A DNA stretch of 64,000 bases from Adineta vaga. Its lineage: Eukaryota > Animalia > Rotifera. Shown one piece after another: positions 61,016 to 64,000 of the stretch. The notes beneath the pieces are model-generated. The model made no database searches. It was not told the DNA's origin and saw only the letters and a program-made list of their open reading frames with translations. The DNA lies in contig CP075497.1 in the NCBI GenBank assembly GCA_021613535.1, forward strand, positions 12,834,001 through 12,898,000, given 5' to 3'. The stretch's first letter is position 1. The number at the start of each line of letters is the position of its first letter. The translations under genes and the position numbers were made by a program.

Positions 61016-62011
61016 ATGTCTTCTCTCTCATCTATCCAAGGAGGGATTTTACGTTATGTATTCCCTATATCTTTAACATTAGGCAACATCGGAAATATCT
61101 TTATAATAATAATCTTTAGTCAAAAACATCATCGAAAAAATTCTTGTTCATTATATTTATTAGTTGCTGCGATCTTTAGTATTATTGGAATTAGTTGGGG
61201 AATTGGTTCAAATATGTATTCTGCTTATTATCCACCAGATCCATTTACTCAATCACTTTTTCTTTGTCGTTTTCGTGGTTATATTTTACAATCCTCATCA
61301 CTTATATACAAAATAATGATTTCATTAGCATGTATTGATCGTTTTGCATTAAGTTCAGCCAATGTGAGAATACGTTCTTTTAGTACACAAAAAGTAGCAA
61401 TTAAAGTAATTGTTGGAAGTATTCTATTCGGTTTGTTAATATCAATACATTTACCACTTAATCAAAATACTCAAAATAATCGATGTTTTGTAGTTGGTAC
61501 ATATGGATTATTTTTTAGTATTTATCAAATCTGTATTTTTGGTGTAATTGTACCAATTATACAAATAATTTTCGCTCTTCTTATTGCGAAAAATTTGAAA
61601 AGAGTTCGTATTCGTGTACGACCTCAATTACGAGATGAGAATGAATCAGGAAATGTTCTCTCAACACGTGATGTTACTTTAATCAAACTTGTTTTAGCTG
61701 AAGTTATAATTGGTATTATTCTTACAACTTTCTATCCAATCAATGTACTTTATACTGTATTAGCAAGTTACGTATCGAATAAAAGTGTAGATCGTATTGC
61801 AATTGAAGGATTTTTCTCTTTTTTAATACTTATTGTTTTATTTTATTTGAATTATTGTGTTACTTTTTATATCTATATTGGTATATCAAAAGCTTTTCGT
61901 AAAGAAATCAAACAATTTATCTTTAATACTCTCAAACATTCAGAAAGACAACAAACAAATACGATTTCTACTGTAGTCGCTCAACGACGACAAAGAAATA
62001 CTGCTGTATAA
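61016..62011 (+). CDS. orphan rhodopsin-like GPCR, tandem paralog B
   Basis: 331 aa; long tracts identical to 58766-59758. Confidence 0.92.
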   Translation: MSSLSSIQGGILRYVFPISLTLGNIGNIFIIIIFSQKHHRKNSCSLYLLVAAIFSIIGISWGIGSNMYSAYYPPDPFTQSLFLCRFRGYILQSSSLIYKIMISLACIDRFALSSANVRIRSFSTQKVAIKVIVGSILFGLLISIHLPLNQNTQNNRCFVVGTYGLFFSIYQICIFGVIVPIIQIIFALLIAKNLKRVRIRVRPQLRDENESGNVLSTRDVTLIKLVLAEVIIGIILTTFYPINVLYTVLASYVSNKSVDRIAIEGFFSFLILIVLFYLNYCVTFYIYIGISKAFRKEIKQFIFNTLKHSERQQTNTISTVVAQRRQRNTAV

Positions 62012-63229
62012 TTAACATTTGAGAGATACATCTATTGATTGATAGAATATTCGACTGTAGTCTATCTACTCTATATTTTTTCTATCAAATCAATAAAACG
62101 AATATATGAAAAACATAATTCTCGTTGTAAATTTTTTTAAATCATCACATATAAAATCTTAAATTGATAAACTATGATACAGATCATCTTCATTATTACA
62201 TTATAGCATGTCGAATTTCTTTGCAATTTATTCAGCAATGATTGTGACAGTTCCTGCAGTTCTACTAATAACATTTTATAATAAGTTGTTTGTGAAGGTA
62301 TTTTTTTAATACTTTAATGACAGTATTCAAATCAAGTTTTATCTTAAATTCTATCGCATTTTATTGGTTTTTCGCACAACTTTAAATCGTAATTACATTG
62401 TCGTTTATTAAAGAAAATAGTCCATGTAACAAAGAATACTGTCATTCACATGATGAAATAATATAAATTTCATTAGTTAATTTGTTTTCACTTCATTCTT
62501 GAAAACTTCCATATATATTAATGTTGTATTTGTTGAGGGTGAGTTAATGATCGATAGATCTAACAATAGTGCTAAATTATACAACTCATGAATAAAAATA
62601 ATATGATTCATTTTTTCCATATTATTATGAATAGCATAAATGGTTTTTTTTTCCTTAGCCATATGTGATGGATGCATCTGCTCATGAATATGAAACACAT
62701 ACGAGCAGAAACATTTTCTAAGAAAAATCAACATTGATATCCTGGATTTTCTAAAGCATTCTCTCTTCGTCTATTTTAGTTAGGAAAAAAAAGACTTATA
62801 AAGCAAATAATGAAAATGATAACAGCAGTAATGTTGATAGAGTTATTTCTGAAATTGTTTTTAAAAAAGTATTGATTATTCAGTAAAAGTACAGTTTATT
62901 TAGAAACATAACAGGATGATGAATATTGTTTTTTTTCTGTCGAATATCACATCTCTGATGTTATTTATTTCATAATGAAATATTAGTTGTATACAAGAAA
63001 AAAAAATGGATGAAGTTAGTCAAAATTGTGCAGAACTTCAAGTTTAATATAAGATCATAGATATTTTGTTGTATATCAACAAGGATGAAATTTTATTTCT
63101 TTTAAAACGGAACAAACGAAGTATGTTCATGATAAAATACTTTTAACAAATTGACGTCAAAGGAAAATGTAGATATATTCATATAAATTCCCAGTATATT
63201 TTATTATTTTCTTTTTATAAAATCAAATC

Positions 63230-64000
63230 ATGTTTCATATGAAATCTGTTTTGTATTTTATTTTCTTACATTGTATTGTAGCTGTACCACAAATGAATCT
63301 TTATTTTACTGATCAAGTAAACGTCAATTTATTTGATGAGTTAGGTGTGCGATATAATTGTTTACGATTTTTTTCAAATCTCAAGCACAAAAGTGTTAGT
63401 CGAGACATCATATCGCTTTGTATGAGTGAATCATCATCAACACTCACCATTACAAATGATGAAGAAGATTCAATACAAAGATTTTCTTTTGATGATCTTG
63501 CAAAACGCAATATTACAAGTGAAGAATTATATCAATGGTCAATACCAATTGATACAATTGAACAATATCAATACTATTTACAATCAAATGACTCGTCTTT
63601 GACAAAAGAATTCATTTATAATTGTACATTACCAAGATTTGGACCAATGTGTCAATATGAATTATATTATTATCATCAAAACTATTCAACATTATTGGAA
63701 ATGATTCATGGTTATTATCAAAACGATTTACATAAGTCAAATGGTACGACGTTTTATACTCATTTGAAATGTAATCGTGGTTATGCACCTGTATGTTTAG
63801 ATTGGTCAGAAATTTGTGATGGTAAAGTTGATTGTCTTGATGGAAATTATGATGAAGAACATTGTTGGCAACTTGAACTGAATGAATGTCAAGAAAATGA
63901 ATTTAAATGTACGATTGGACAATGTATACCGAATGAATTTCTTCATGATAGATCAGGAAGTTTCGATTGTATTGATAGATCTGATGAAATAACAAGAAAG
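63230..64000 (+). CDS. 5' part of an LDL-receptor class A repeat protein with signal peptide (runs off window)
   Basis: Frame open from ATG 63230 to the window end: MFHMKSVLYFIFLHCIVA..CTLPRFGPMCQY..CLDWSEICDGKVDCLDGNYDEEHC..CQENEFKCTIGQCIP..DCIDRSDE. Absent from the ORF track, presumably because there is no stop in the window. Confidence 0.9.
   Translation, partial: MFHMKSVLYFIFLHCIVAVPQMNLYFTDQVNVNLFDELGVRYNCLRFFSNLKHKSVSRDIISLCMSESSSTLTITNDEEDSIQRFSFDDLAKRNITSEELYQWSIPIDTIEQYQYYLQSNDSSLTKEFIYNCTLPRFGPMCQYELYYYHQNYSTLLEMIHGYYQNDLHKSNGTTFYTHLKCNRGYAPVCLDWSEICDGKVDCLDGNYDEEHCWQLELNECQENEFKCTIGQCIPNEFLHDRSGSFDCIDRSDEITRK

Noticed and set aside
99-63510. Numerous 60-120 aa ORFs in the track (e.g. 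99, 8047, 14515, 19609, 37253, 53314, 57058, 63313)
   Set aside because: No recognisable motifs; they are antisense or alternative-frame overlaps, or lie in AT-rich or repeat DNA.

Overview
AT-rich eukaryotic genomic DNA with short (~55-65 nt) GT-AG introns. The gene content (many single-exon orphan rhodopsin-like GPCRs, a toxin-like ADP-ribosyltransferase, an AvGluR1-type glutamate receptor, an LDLa-repeat protein, several non-metazoan-looking enzymes) suggests a bdelloid rotifer (Adineta/Rotaria-like); this is inference, not verified. Splicing by hand recovered several genes that the ORF track fragments or misses. In order along the window: a 6-exon type II membrane mucin-stalk/Cys-domain gene (985-3338); a compact cluster of four glycosyltransferase-like genes with intron-free CDSs (8.8-19 kb); a two-domain macin-like/CSab-defensin precursor; a fungal-type mitochondrial phosphate carrier; six GPCRs; a 5-exon ART gene; an NmrA-like reductase; a divergent iGluR followed by two tightly spaced ORFs; an F-box/ricin-B gene; an 11-exon F-box/LRR gene; and the 5' part of an LDLa-repeat gene. 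The F-box/LRR gene looks like a 141-bp satellite but is an array of exon+intron cassettes, one LRR each, with variation concentrated on the predicted binding face. Intergenic DNA holds several non-autonomous transposons/MITEs. No rRNA, tRNA or CRISPR was recognised. The best candidates for undescribed systems are the cassette F-box/LRR gene and the glycosyltransferase cluster.
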